From NCBI GenBank assembly GCA_963792585.1, contig CAWBWI010000006.1, forward strand, positions 608,001 through 672,000: a stretch of 64,000 nt of DNA, in the 5' to 3' direction. Shown here piece by piece: positions 32,150 through 41,040 of the stretch (positions are counted from its first letter, which is position 1; every line of letters starts with the position of its first letter). The stretch is from Candidatus Eiseniibacteriota bacterium (GTDB lineage: Bacteria; Eisenbacteria; RBG-16-71-46; CAIMUX01; VGJL01). The position numbers were made by a program, and so were the translations under genes. Below the pieces are notes generated by a model. That model saw only the letters and a program-made list of their open reading frames with translations. It was not told where the DNA came from and did not search any database.

Positions 32150-32641
32150 ATGATCTCAATACTGATGATGGCGTTCCTTCTCTCCCCATCAGCAGCCCTT
32201 GCCTCCGCTGCCGACGAGGTTGATTTCGAGGCACATCTCGACGCTGAACAGGTTGTGCCGCCTACGGCATCCCCCGGGTCCGCTGTGGTCGCGATCTCAT
32301 TCCAGGTCGAGGAGTTAAGCGATCCCCAGCCTGGCAACTTCGACATCGTCTGCGCTGATCTTTCGGGTCCGCCGACTGGCGTTTCCATTAGATGGGGCAA
32401 CGCTAGCGAGAATGGTCCGCTTGCACTCACCATTCTCAACCGTTCATTCACTTGCCCAGCCAGTGGGGGCATTAGTGTCCCGTGGAGTGTCCTCAGTCAA
32501 TTCTGGCATTCTGACACGCTCTATGTACTGATTCATACCGACGCGTTTCCCGATGGCGAGCTTCGCGGCCAATTCTCAAACGTGACTCCTCCGGCGGTCC
32601 AGATGGAGTCCTGGGGATATGTCCGTGGCCTATTCCACTGA
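32150..32641 (+). CDS. Secreted CHRD-domain protein with SWG motif
   Basis: FEAHLDAEQVVPP...LYVLIHTDAFPDGELRGQ; ends SWGYVRGLFH. Confidence 0.8.
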   Translation: MISILMMAFLLSPSAALASAADEVDFEAHLDAEQVVPPTASPGSAVVAISFQVEELSDPQPGNFDIVCADLSGPPTGVSIRWGNASENGPLALTILNRSFTCPASGGISVPWSVLSQFWHSDTLYVLIHTDAFPDGELRGQFSNVTPPAVQMESWGYVRGLFH

Positions 32642-32659
32642 CACCATGCCCTACGTCGC

Positions 32660-32790
32660 GCCTAACAGCCGCATGCACCTGACGCGCTGGGCCGTCACGG
32701 CCCTGGCAGAGAAGCATAGAGGGCAAAACCATCACCCCGGGCTGCCAGGGCCGCGCCAGCCTCAGCTCGCAGGTGATGCGAACGTTAGAC
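32660..32790 (+). repeat. attC type A
   Basis: GCCTAAC...GTTAGAC. Confidence 0.9.
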
Positions 32791-32794
32791 TGAT

Positions 32795-33193
32795 ATGAAA
32801 TGGCTTGAGCACCGGCGTACCAGGGTTCTCATCATCGTACTTTGCCTCGTCATAGTGGCAGGGAGCGTTGATGGCGGCTTCTATCTGTCGTCGAAGCACC
32901 CGGCGTCGTCCCCATCATCCGCTTCGTTACTGCGGCTGATGGCTCAATCCGCCATCCATCCTGTCATTGGATTGGCACTACCGTTCATGGGCCTCGTGCG
33001 ACAGGGTGGACTCGGCGGCTTCCTTGGAATCCTGGCGGTCCTCACCACGGCTCTTGTGGTTCTCGCAGCCCGCCATTTTCTGATTCGGGGGACCTGGAGA
33101 GCGCTCGGCGGGGTTCTCACCGCTGGGCTCTTCTCGTATTGGTTGACCACGCGCTTGCTCTATGAGGTTTTCTATGGATCAGCCTGGTACTGA
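32795..33193 (+). CDS. Membrane protein, paralog of 17946
   Basis: High similarity to 17946. Confidence 0.7.
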   Translation: MKWLEHRRTRVLIIVLCLVIVAGSVDGGFYLSSKHPASSPSSASLLRLMAQSAIHPVIGLALPFMGLVRQGGLGGFLGILAVLTTALVVLAARHFLIRGTWRALGGVLTAGLFSYWLTTRLLYEVFYGSAWY

Positions 33194-33355
33194 GGCTCTG
33201 GCCTTCCTCGCGGCTGTTCGCAAGCGTGCGGAGAGCGCAATGGCGCTCACGCCCTCGAGTACCCGGTTCATCCCAGAATCGCCCGTCCAGAATCGCATCC
33301 GGTCGTTCTCCGGCCGTGGAGTCGGCCAAATGATCCCGAACCTCTCGAGGCGCCA

Positions 33356-33486
33356 GTCTAACAGCCGCATTCACCTGACGCGCTGGGCCGTCACGGCCCC
33401 GGCAGAGAAGCATAGAAGGCAAGATCATCGCCCCGGGCTGCCAGGGCCGCGCCGGCCTCAGCCCGCAGGTGATGCGAACGTTAGGC
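33356..33486 (+). repeat. attC type A
   Basis: GTCTAAC...GTTAGGC. Confidence 0.9.
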
Positions 33487-33501
33487 TTCTTTGAGGACCT
33501 C

Positions 33502-34168
33502 ATGAGTTCTTCCGACGAGAGGATTCACCCGTTCTTCCGGGCTACCAATCCGCATGGGAACGTCCGCTTCAACTTCCGATCCGCAGCTCCGGAAGAACTT
33601 GTGGCCTTTGCCATGGGTTACCACAAGGCTGGCCGCGTCCTCGTCAAGAGATTGGCACAGGCACCAGGGTATGCGGACTATGATGGCTATCCCATTCTCT
33701 ATCTCTACCGCCACGCCCTTGAGCTCTACTCTTAAGAGCATCATCTACAGAGGCGGAAAGTACCTCGGGCTCATGTCCGAACACACTCTGAATGCGGAAC
33801 GGTTCTTTGGTTCGCATGACCTCACGCGGCTACTACCTGCCGTGCGAGAGGTCTTTGATCACGTTGGGTGGCGCAGCGATCTTGGCATCCCCGGCCTCCT
33901 CACTTGGGTAGACTTCACGAAACTCGTCGAAGCGATTGACTCAATCGACCATGGTTCATACACCTTCAGGTATCCCATGGACAAGCGTGGGGCATCAGCA
34001 CTCCCCCATCACCTCGTGTTGAACGTTGTTGCCTTCGGCCAGCAAATGGATCCCGTCCTCGAGCTTCTAGATGGTGCCGCAAGTGGCCTCAGCGACAAGT
34101 GGGACAACGCAGCAGAGGCATGTTACTTCCTCCAAGAGATCGCAAAGGAATGGGGCAATGAAGCCTAA
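33502..34168 (+). pseudogene. Frameshifted hypothetical gene (HEPN-like YLYRHALEL...HDL...FRYP)
   Basis: Two ORFs join as ...HALELY/LKSIIY... around 33730. Confidence 0.6.
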
Positions 34169-34293
34169 CAGCCGCATTCACCTGACGCACTGGGCCGTCA
34201 CGGCCCTGGCAGAGACGCATAGAAGGCAAGACCATCACCCGGGACTGCCAGGGCCGCGCCGGCCACAGCCCGCAGGTGATGCGAACGTTAGGC
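34163..34293 (+). repeat. attC type A
   Basis: GCCTAAC...GTTAGGC. Confidence 0.9.
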
Positions 34294-34865
34294 ATCATTT
34301 CGCACTCAATCTTGGCGTCATCCCGATCGCGCTATTCGTCGCTGCATGGTTGTCCGCATCAATCGTGACCGCCGAACCCGTTGATGAATGCGGGCGGTTC
34401 TTCACCTCCACGGGCTGCGTTGAGTTCTACCCCGTACGAGGCCAGGCGATGTACATCACGGATCTCGACAGTCTTCCTCCGGGTGGAACCGAGATACCCT
34501 TCAGACTACGAGGTGATCTCGTTCAGCTCGAGCGGATCTGCGATGGTTGGCTCTTCCACGAATGCATCATCAATGCGGCAGTGCTTCCTTGCGAGCCTGA
34601 GTCTCTCGGGTGTGGAGTTCTTTCGAGAGATAACGAGGATGCGTGCTCGTACTGGACGTCGGCCAAGTACGGCATGTTGGTGACTGCCCTCAATGGTTTC
34701 TCGCCTGGGGATACGGTTCTGGCCGTAGGCATACTGGATTACTCGCTCGGAACTTGGTGCATCGGGATTGGCTTCATCGACAATCCCGTATTCTCCGCTT
34801 GCCCCGACTCGCTTTCGCCTGTCGTTCGCACTACCTGGGGCACTCTCAAGGCGATCTTCAGGTAG
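34287..34865 (+). CDS. Cys-rich TWG protein lacking its own start before the signal segment; in-frame ATG 34158 lies in the previous cassette
   Basis: NVRHHFALNLGVIPIALFV...; ends TWGTLKAIFR. Confidence 0.7.
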   Translation, partial: VRHHFALNLGVIPIALFVAAWLSASIVTAEPVDECGRFFTSTGCVEFYPVRGQAMYITDLDSLPPGGTEIPFRLRGDLVQLERICDGWLFHECIINAAVLPCEPESLGCGVLSRDNEDACSYWTSAKYGMLVTALNGFSPGDTVLAVGILDYSLGTWCIGIGFIDNPVFSACPDSLSPVVRTTWGTLKAIFR

Positions 34866-34875
34866 GAGGTCTGAT

Positions 34876-35006
34876 GCCTAACAGACGCGTTCACCTGCCG
34901 GGCGGCTCCGTCACGGCCCTGGCGAGGAAGCCGATGAAGATGAATCACCACCCGGTGCCGCCAGGTCCGCGCCGGACCTCGCCCGCAGGTGACGCGAACG
35001 TTAGAT
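34876..35006 (+). repeat. attC type B
   Basis: GCCTAAC...GTTAGAT. Confidence 0.9.
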
Positions 35007-35029
35007 GAACTTGAGGTGGAGGTAGCGCC

Positions 35030-35662
35030 ATGCGTGACATAGCCCCAGATGAGGTGCCAGAAGCGCGCGCATCTTGTCAACCAGTGCTTCGACTCTTCTT
35101 ACTCTTCGCCGCCATCCTCCTCGTCGGCCCGGCGCATTCCGGACCGCCCCGATATGCTCCCGAGCGGGGCTACCTAACAACGGGCGTGCTACGTCGGCAA
35201 CCACCCGACACATGTCTCGTCCTCGTGAACCTCATGCAAGTTCCCCCTGCACTGCTCGACACCTATGACGCGTTCGCCGAGGGCGACACAGTAGTCGTTA
35301 CCGGCGATCTCCCGGTCAATCTCCCGAATCTCTTCTGCGGAGTTGAGTTCTGGATTCACCACAACCGAGTGTTTCCGTACAGGGGTGTGATTGACCTTGA
35401 GTGCGGCGTACTTGTTGAAGACGACCCAGGGGACTGCGGGTACTTTGACTCATTCCGATTTGGTAGGTTCCACACTGGCATGGGCCCTCCGTTTTCCGAT
35501 GGCGACTCGGTTCATGTCTGGGGCCGTTTCCGCGAAGACTGGTATTCATGGTGTTCCTCCGACTACCCGGCGACGGAAGTAACCAAGATCATTGCCTGCC
35601 CTGACACGAGTACTGCCGTCCAACCGACAACTTGGGGTCGGCTCCGGGTTCTCTTTCGGTAG
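35030..35662 (+). CDS. Secreted Cys-rich two-repeat protein with TWG motif
   Basis: FAEGDTVVVTG / FSDGDSVHVWG; ends TWGRLRVLFR. Confidence 0.7.
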   Translation: MRDIAPDEVPEARASCQPVLRLFLLFAAILLVGPAHSGPPRYAPERGYLTTGVLRRQPPDTCLVLVNLMQVPPALLDTYDAFAEGDTVVVTGDLPVNLPNLFCGVEFWIHHNRVFPYRGVIDLECGVLVEDDPGDCGYFDSFRFGRFHTGMGPPFSDGDSVHVWGRFREDWYSWCSSDYPATEVTKIIACPDTSTAVQPTTWGRLRVLFR

Positions 35663-35678
35663 GCAATATGTGGGAGTC

Positions 35679-35809
35679 ATCTAACTGCCGCGTTCACCTG
35701 CCGGGCGGGTCCGTCACGGCCCTGGCGAGGAAGCCTATGATGATAAATCACCACCTGGTGGCGCCAGGTCCGCGCCGGACCTCGCCCGCAGGTGACGCGA
35801 ACGTTAGAT
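35679..35809 (+). repeat. attC type B
   Basis: ATCTAAC...GTTAGAT. Confidence 0.9.
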
Positions 35810-35825
35810 GCCTTGGGGGTGCAGC

Positions 35826-36338
35826 ATGGGCGTAGCACCTGGCTTCATGGCAGCTTGCCTCTTGACTACCCTGCTGTATGGAGGAAGCAGTACTGCCCAC
35901 GCTGACCCCTTCGTCATTGGCGGAGTGCCAGTGTCCTATTCATTGGCCGATCTCAAGATTACCTTGTCATATGGCTTGTCCGACGAAGTAGTCCTCGACG
36001 GCTCCACTGGACAGGCCACGAGGACCGTCCGATCGTCGACGGACTCAACGCACGTGGTTACTCGCACTCTTGATGACAGGGAGGTTGTTGACCTTCTCAG
36101 TCGGTTCTACGAGATGCACTTCTTCGAATTCCCAGTGGAGTTCCATTCATTCTCTGGAATGGAGTTCAACCCCGATGGCCGATGGGTCAATACCGTCGCG
36201 GCTTGTACTGATCACTTCGCAACGCTTACTGTCCGCATAGGTTCATTCACGAAGGAAGTACGCATCCGCAAGACGTCTTCCCCACCAGTCCTTCTAGCAA
36301 TGGCCGATAGCCTCCGCACTCTTGCGAGGACGCGATGA
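35826..36338 (+). CDS. Hypothetical secreted protein
   Basis: Signal peptide ending AHA; fills the cassette. Confidence 0.6.
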   Translation: MGVAPGFMAACLLTTLLYGGSSTAHADPFVIGGVPVSYSLADLKITLSYGLSDEVVLDGSTGQATRTVRSSTDSTHVVTRTLDDREVVDLLSRFYEMHFFEFPVEFHSFSGMEFNPDGRWVNTVAACTDHFATLTVRIGSFTKEVRIRKTSSPPVLLAMADSLRTLARTR

Positions 36339-36348
36339 ACCACGAGGC

Positions 36349-36479
36349 ATCTAACTGCCGCATTCACCTGACGCGCTGGGTCGTCACGGCCCTGGCAGAG
36401 AAGCATAGCAGCTCGAACCATCACCCCGGGCTGCCAGGGCCGCGCCGGCCTCAGCCCGCAGGTGATGCGAACGTTAGAT
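36349..36479 (+). repeat. attC type A
   Basis: ATCTAAC...GTTAGAT. Confidence 0.9.
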
Positions 36480-36988
36480 GTGTGAGTTACTCAGCTCCGC
36501 CATTCCCTGACAGGGGGGCGCTGAAGTCAAGACAGGCAACGACAAACCAGAACCACCCTCAGAGAGGTTTGTCCAGCTTCCGCGCCCAATCCGCTCGGCG
36601 AGCAGGCTTTCTCACAGTGTTGCTTGCCTGCGCTAGTTTCGGTGGATGCGGCCTCAGGACCGTCTGCAAAGTCGGCACGGGAGCTCACGTCACGCAAGAA
36701 TGCCTTTCTTTGCGGATCAGGGCCGGGCAGGAAATCTGGGTCGATTCCACCTCGCGGGACCGGCAATCTGGGTATTACCTCGGCGTCCGAGACTTCGACG
36801 GTCAGCCAACCCTTGTCCTCGGACGCTATTCCCCGCTCCAGGCGTCCGGCTTCGACTCCAGCCGCATCCGAACGGACCACATACGACAGGTTCTGCGTCA
36901 TCGCGAGGCACCCTCCTACCTTGCCATCACCGCGATGGGAGGGATCGTCTTGGCGGGCGCGATCCTCATCGCCACTCAGGGGAGTTGA
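36473..36988 (+). CDS. Lipoprotein-like protein lacking its own ATG, fused to the attC ORF from 36335
   Basis: FGGC lipobox-like motif; C-terminal TM helix. Confidence 0.5.
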   Translation, partial: VRCVSYSAPPFPDRGALKSRQATTNQNHPQRGLSSFRAQSARRAGFLTVLLACASFGGCGLRTVCKVGTGAHVTQECLSLRIRAGQEIWVDSTSRDRQSGYYLGVRDFDGQPTLVLGRYSPLQASGFDSSRIRTDHIRQVLRHREAPSYLAITAMGGIVLAGAILIATQGS

Positions 36989-37055
36989 GGCCCATGATGA
37001 TGCATTGGTCTACTCTGTTGTCTCTCTTCCATGAAGGGATCGAGCGTGCCTTCAC

Positions 37056-37186
37056 ATCTAACAGCCGCATTCACCTGACGCGCTGGGCCGTCACGGCCCT
37101 GGCAGAGAAGCATAGAAGCTCGGATCATCGCTTCGGGCTGCCAGGGCCGCGCCGGCCTCAGCTCGCAGGTGATGCGAACGTTAGGC
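37056..37186 (+). repeat. attC type A
   Basis: ATCTAAC...GTTAGGC. Confidence 0.9.
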
Positions 37187-37201
37187 ACGAAGGAGCCTCA
37201 G

Positions 37202-37780
37202 GTGAGAAGTAGCATCTTTCTTGGAGTGACCTGCTTGGCGGTCATCGCAGTAAGCGGACTAGCGGCGCCTTTCGATCGGTGTGGACAGATCAAGAGTACC
37301 CCGTATTGCGACCACTTCGCCCCGCTCTCTCCGACAGGTCCTTGGTACCGCATCGAGTTGCCATCGATGCCGGACACCTCGGCGCTCACCGTGTACCGTG
37401 TGATCGGCGAGACCATTCCTTCCGATGTGGAATGCAACCCTTCTTACAATGACTCGTGCATTGTCAATTGCAGCGTTTCCGTGTGTCCATCGGCGGATCT
37501 CGGATGCGGAGTACTTTCAAGAGTCTATGATCCCCGCATTGGGTACCTCTGCTTCATCTGGACATCGCCCGTCTACGGATCCCTCATAACACTCTCCAAC
37601 GGCTTCGTTCCTGGAGATACGGTCCACGTCGTAGGCATCGCTGACCGCAGAGGTGTAACTGGTCCATGTGACGTTGCCGAAGGGTACATATGGAACGAAG
37701 TGCTCACTGCTTGTTCAGACTCTGTTTCATCGACCGAGGAAACTACATGGGGAAGACTGAAGTTTCTCTTCCGGAGGTAA
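37202..37780 (+). CDS. Cys-rich TWG protein, paralog of 17224
   Basis: AAGGAG RBS, GTG start; C-terminal half near-identical to 17224. Confidence 0.7.
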   Translation: MRSSIFLGVTCLAVIAVSGLAAPFDRCGQIKSTPYCDHFAPLSPTGPWYRIELPSMPDTSALTVYRVIGETIPSDVECNPSYNDSCIVNCSVSVCPSADLGCGVLSRVYDPRIGYLCFIWTSPVYGSLITLSNGFVPGDTVHVVGIADRRGVTGPCDVAEGYIWNEVLTACSDSVSSTEETTWGRLKFLFRR

Positions 37781-37788
37781 TGGCAGGT

Positions 37789-37918
37789 GCGTAACAGCCG
37801 CGTTCACCTGCCGGGCGGATCCGTCACGGCCCTGGCGAGGAAGCAATGAAGATGAATCACCACCTGCTGCCGCCAGGACCGCGCCGGACCTCGCCCGCAG
37901 GTGACGCGAACGTTAGAA
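37789..37918 (+). repeat. attC type B with a 1-nt deletion
   Basis: GCGTAAC...GTTAGAA, 130 bp. Confidence 0.85.
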
Positions 37919-37942
37919 CGTCTTACCTGCACGGAGGAGCAA

Positions 37943-38896
37943 GTGTCCGTCGATAAATGCCCAGTCTGCCACATCGTGCTGGCCCAGCCCGTCTGCGAGC
38001 ACTTCGACAGGGACGCACGAACCTACCCATGCTCTAACTGCGGTGAGTTCACGCTCACACGGCCCTCGGAGATGTTTGTGGCAGAGCTTGGCCGCGACGC
38101 CCCAAGGAAGCTCCTGGTTCTTAGCCACGCCATACGCAAGATGGTAGTCAGGTCTACAAACCCGACTCTGCTTCCTGAACTGATTCGACAGATCGCCGAG
38201 AACACCGACCTACCCAACCCGGATGAGCAACTGACAAATCTGCTTCTCTGGCTTGGCCAGAACCTCGACCACCTCGGAGAGATGATCCAACTCCTACCGG
38301 AGGAGCATGCGGCGGTAATCGGCTCAGCAGGCGATGATAACTTCGTTGCCGTCTGTACCGAACTCAGTGATCGCGGTTGGTTCGTCGGCACAGCGACAAC
38401 CGGGCCAACATTCATAGGCTCTCTCTCCTTCGACGGTTGGCGGGTCTATCAGAAGCTGAGAAGAGGTCTCGCGGAGTCTCGCAAGGCGTTCATGGCGATG
38501 GCGTATGGCGATGGCGTGCTGGATGCTCTCTTCCGGGATTGCCTGAAACCGGCTGTAGCCAAGACAGGTTTTGACCTCCGAAGACTCGACGAAGATCTTC
38601 GGGCCGGGTTGATTGACGACCGGCTTCGCGTCGAGATCCTCACAAGTCGGTTTCTGATTGCGGACCTTACTAACGACAATCGTGGCGCCTACTGGGAAGC
38701 GGGTTATGCAGAGGGTTTGGGTAAGCCTGTCATCTACCTGTGTGAGCGGGCATATTTCGATGAGAGGAAGACTCATTTCGACACGAACCATCAGCACACG
38801 GTTCTCTGGAACTCCTCTCAGCCGACGGCTCTTGCCTCTTCACTGAAGGTAACGATTCGCGCGACCCTACCGGAGGAAGCCGTTCTTGAGGACTAG
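37943..38896 (+). CDS. Zn-ribbon plus nucleoside 2-deoxyribosyltransferase/TIR-like domain protein
   Basis: CPVC..CSNCG; AFMAMAY...IADLTNDNRGAYWEAGYAEGLGKPVIY..HFD. Confidence 0.7.
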   Translation: MSVDKCPVCHIVLAQPVCEHFDRDARTYPCSNCGEFTLTRPSEMFVAELGRDAPRKLLVLSHAIRKMVVRSTNPTLLPELIRQIAENTDLPNPDEQLTNLLLWLGQNLDHLGEMIQLLPEEHAAVIGSAGDDNFVAVCTELSDRGWFVGTATTGPTFIGSLSFDGWRVYQKLRRGLAESRKAFMAMAYGDGVLDALFRDCLKPAVAKTGFDLRRLDEDLRAGLIDDRLRVEILTSRFLIADLTNDNRGAYWEAGYAEGLGKPVIYLCERAYFDERKTHFDTNHQHTVLWNSSQPTALASSLKVTIRATLPEEAVLED

Positions 38897-38912
38897 CCAT
38901 GGTTGCTGCGCT

Positions 38913-39043
38913 TTCTAACTGCTGGATTCCCCTGACGCGCTGGGCCGTCACGGCCCCGGCAGAGAAGCATAGAAAGCTAGACCATCACCCGGGGCTGCCA
39001 GGGCCGCGCCGGCCTCAGCTCGCAGGTGATGCGAACGTTATGG
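38913..39043 (+). repeat. attC type A
   Basis: TTCTAAC...GTTATGG. Confidence 0.88.
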
Positions 39044-39058
39044 GCATGTGATGCGCTC

Positions 39059-39087
39059 TTGCATCATAACTACACTGTAGGTACAAT
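39059..39087 (+). promoter_or_regulatory. BrnTA promoter with operator
   Basis: TTGCAT-17-TACAAT; CTACA-C-TGTAG palindrome in the spacer. Confidence 0.7.
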
Positions 39088-39093
39088 GGCGTT

Positions 39094-39387
39094 ATGGTAG
39101 ATCTTCGCTTTGAGTGGGATAGCCAGAAGGCCGTAGCCAATCTGCGCAAGCATGCCATTTCCTTCGAGGAGGCCGTCAGTGTCTTCTCGGATGAACATGC
39201 ATTGCTACTTACCGACCCCGATCACTCCGAAGCCGAAGACAGGTTCATTCTCCTTGGCCTCAGTGCGGACCTTCGAGCCCTCGTCGTCTGCCACTGCTAC
39301 CGCCAGGAGGAGGTCATTCGCATATTCTCTGCTCGGCGCGCAACCAAGAAGGAGCGGGAGCAGTACAACAGAAGGTGGATGCAATGA
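39094..39387 (+). CDS. brnT: BrnT family toxin
   Basis: FEWDSQKAVANLRKHAISFEEA...DPDHSEAEDRF...IRIFSARRAT. Confidence 0.9.
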   Translation: MVDLRFEWDSQKAVANLRKHAISFEEAVSVFSDEHALLLTDPDHSEAEDRFILLGLSADLRALVVCHCYRQEEVIRIFSARRATKKEREQYNRRWMQ

Positions 39388-39602
39388 GGAAGGAATACGA
39401 CTTCACCAAGGCCAAGCGCAATCCCTATGCAGCACGCCTCAAGCGGCAGGTGACGATCAGGCTCGACGGCGGCACGATCAAGTATTTCAAGGATCTCGCC
39501 GAGGAAACAGGAATCCCTTACCAGACCCTGATCAACCTCTACCTGAGGGAGTGCGCTGCTAATCGCAAGAAGCTCTCCCTAAGCTGGATGGGCACAGCCT
39601 AG
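39384..39602 (+). CDS. brnA: BrnA/CopG antitoxin
   Basis: MRKEYDF..AKRNPY...VTIRLD...YQTLIN. Confidence 0.88.
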   Translation: MRKEYDFTKAKRNPYAARLKRQVTIRLDGGTIKYFKDLAEETGIPYQTLINLYLRECAANRKKLSLSWMGTA

Positions 39603-39610
39603 TCCATGGC

Positions 39611-39741
39611 CCATAACTGCCGCATTCACCTGACGCGCTGGGCCATCACGGCCCTGGCAGAGAAGCATAGAAGGCAAAACCATCACCTCGGGCTGCCAGG
39701 GCCGCGCCAGCCTGTGCCCGCAGGTGATGCGAACGTTGGGC
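39611..39741 (+). repeat. attC type A
   Basis: CCATAAC...GTTGGGC. Confidence 0.9.
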
Positions 39742-39929
39742 GGACCGAAGCACCATCGAATTTCACGGCGCCGCCCGGTGGCCCCGGCCTGCGTGTGAGC
39801 CAGGCCGGCCGGGGCAAGCGGCGCCGCGAGGTCAGCCGTGAGGAGCGATCGCCCACTCGCTGGTGGTTTGCCACGAGGGATCGAGGTCGGGACGAATGAC
39901 CCAGGCGGCCGACCGCCAGATCGACGACT

Positions 39930-40445
39930 TCATCCCTGTCCCAAACTCGCGCCCAGGGTGACGAGAAGCTCGTCCAGTTGCTCGAACGTCTCTCCCATCG
40001 CATCCGCCGCCCCGGTGCCGGCGGCGTCGAGAGCTTCTTTCGAGGGATAGAGCTCGTGCATCACCAGCAACGTCTTGTCGCCTTCTCCCGCGAAGGTCAC
40101 CGTCGTGACGGAACCCTCGTCACTTTCCTCATTGGTCCACACGAGGCGCGAGTGCGGTGTTACTTCCTTGTACGTGCCGAAGAACGCCATCTGTGAGTCC
40201 CCGTGTGCGAACTCCAAACGGTACCTGCCCCCGACACGAACATCCATTTCGCAGGAAAGCAGGGACATTCCCATCGACTTCGGCACCCACCACTGCCTGA
40301 ACAGCTCGGGCTTGGTCCACGCCTCGAACACGAGGCGCGCCGGGCCGTTGAAAGTTCGCCTGACGACGAGCTCACGCTCGGACTTTCGCTCCACCGTCGT
40401 ACGGTTCTTCAGGGGGGCAACCTCACTCTCTCTTCCTGCGTCCAT
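39930..40445 (-). CDS. SRPBCC/AHSA1 family protein
   Basis: RELVVRRTFNGPARLVFEAWTKPEL...CEMDVRVGG. Confidence 0.88.
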   Translation of the reverse strand: MDAGRESEVAPLKNRTTVERKSERELVVRRTFNGPARLVFEAWTKPELFRQWWVPKSMGMSLLSCEMDVRVGGRYRLEFAHGDSQMAFFGTYKEVTPHSRLVWTNEESDEGSVTTVTFAGEGDKTLLVMHELYPSKEALDAAGTGAADAMGETFEQLDELLVTLGASLGQG

Positions 40446-40788
40446 CGGTATTCTCCTTCCGTTTCAGTTCGTTGACAACCTTGTCCAACTCGTCGAATCG
40501 TGCGTCCCAGAGCTGGCGGTACCTCTCGAGCCACGCCGTCTCTTCCTCCAATCGGCGCGGGCCGAGCTTGCAGGTCCGTACGCGCCCGACCTTCTCGGTG
40601 GTCACGAGCCCGGCCTCCACCAAGACGTCGACGTGCTTCATCATGCCCGTGAGGGTCATGTGGAACTTCTCCGCAAGGTCCGAGATCGAAGCGTCGGAAC
40701 GTCCGAGCCGCTCCAGGACGCCGCGTCGGGTGGCATCCGAGAGCGCGGCGAACGAGTCACCGAGGCGGGCTTGCGTATACTGAACCAT
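40423..40788 (-). CDS. ArsR/SmtB family regulator
   Basis: FAALSDATRRGVL...KHVDVLVEAGLVTTEKVGR. Confidence 0.88.
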   Translation of the reverse strand: MVQYTQARLGDSFAALSDATRRGVLERLGRSDASISDLAEKFHMTLTGMMKHVDVLVEAGLVTTEKVGRVRTCKLGPRRLEEETAWLERYRQLWDARFDELDKVVNELKRKENTDGRRKRE

Positions 40789-40802
40789 ACGGTTCAGTAT
40801 AC
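40775..40802. promoter_or_regulatory. ArsR-type operator palindrome over the start codon
   Basis: GTATACTGAACC-N4-GGTTCAGTATAC. Confidence 0.7.
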
Positions 40803-40854
40803 GACACAGGGGGGCCGTATGCAAGGGGAGGCTTTCGACCGCGGCTCGGCCGCC

Positions 40855-40941
40855 GCCCAACAAGGCGTTGCAGCAGACGGGCTTGTCGGTCGCGCTGCGC
40901 GTTCCCTCTGGCGCCCGCTGCTGATCGCCGGTACGTCGGGC
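40855..40941 (+). repeat. Short heterologous attC (core GTC)
   Basis: GCCCAAC...GTCGGGC. Confidence 0.7.
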
Positions 40942-41040
40942 AGACCGTACCGTCGCGCGCCTCCGGTTGGGGCTTATCACCAGCTCGCGGCGGGTATGCA
41001 ATCTTCGGTTACCATCACCCCACAGGGAGGACAAGCTCCG

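Noticed and set aside
17224..37780. Diversity-generating retroelement behind the paralog variation
   Set aside because: No reverse transcriptase is present, and I saw no adenine-specific template/variable repeat pair.
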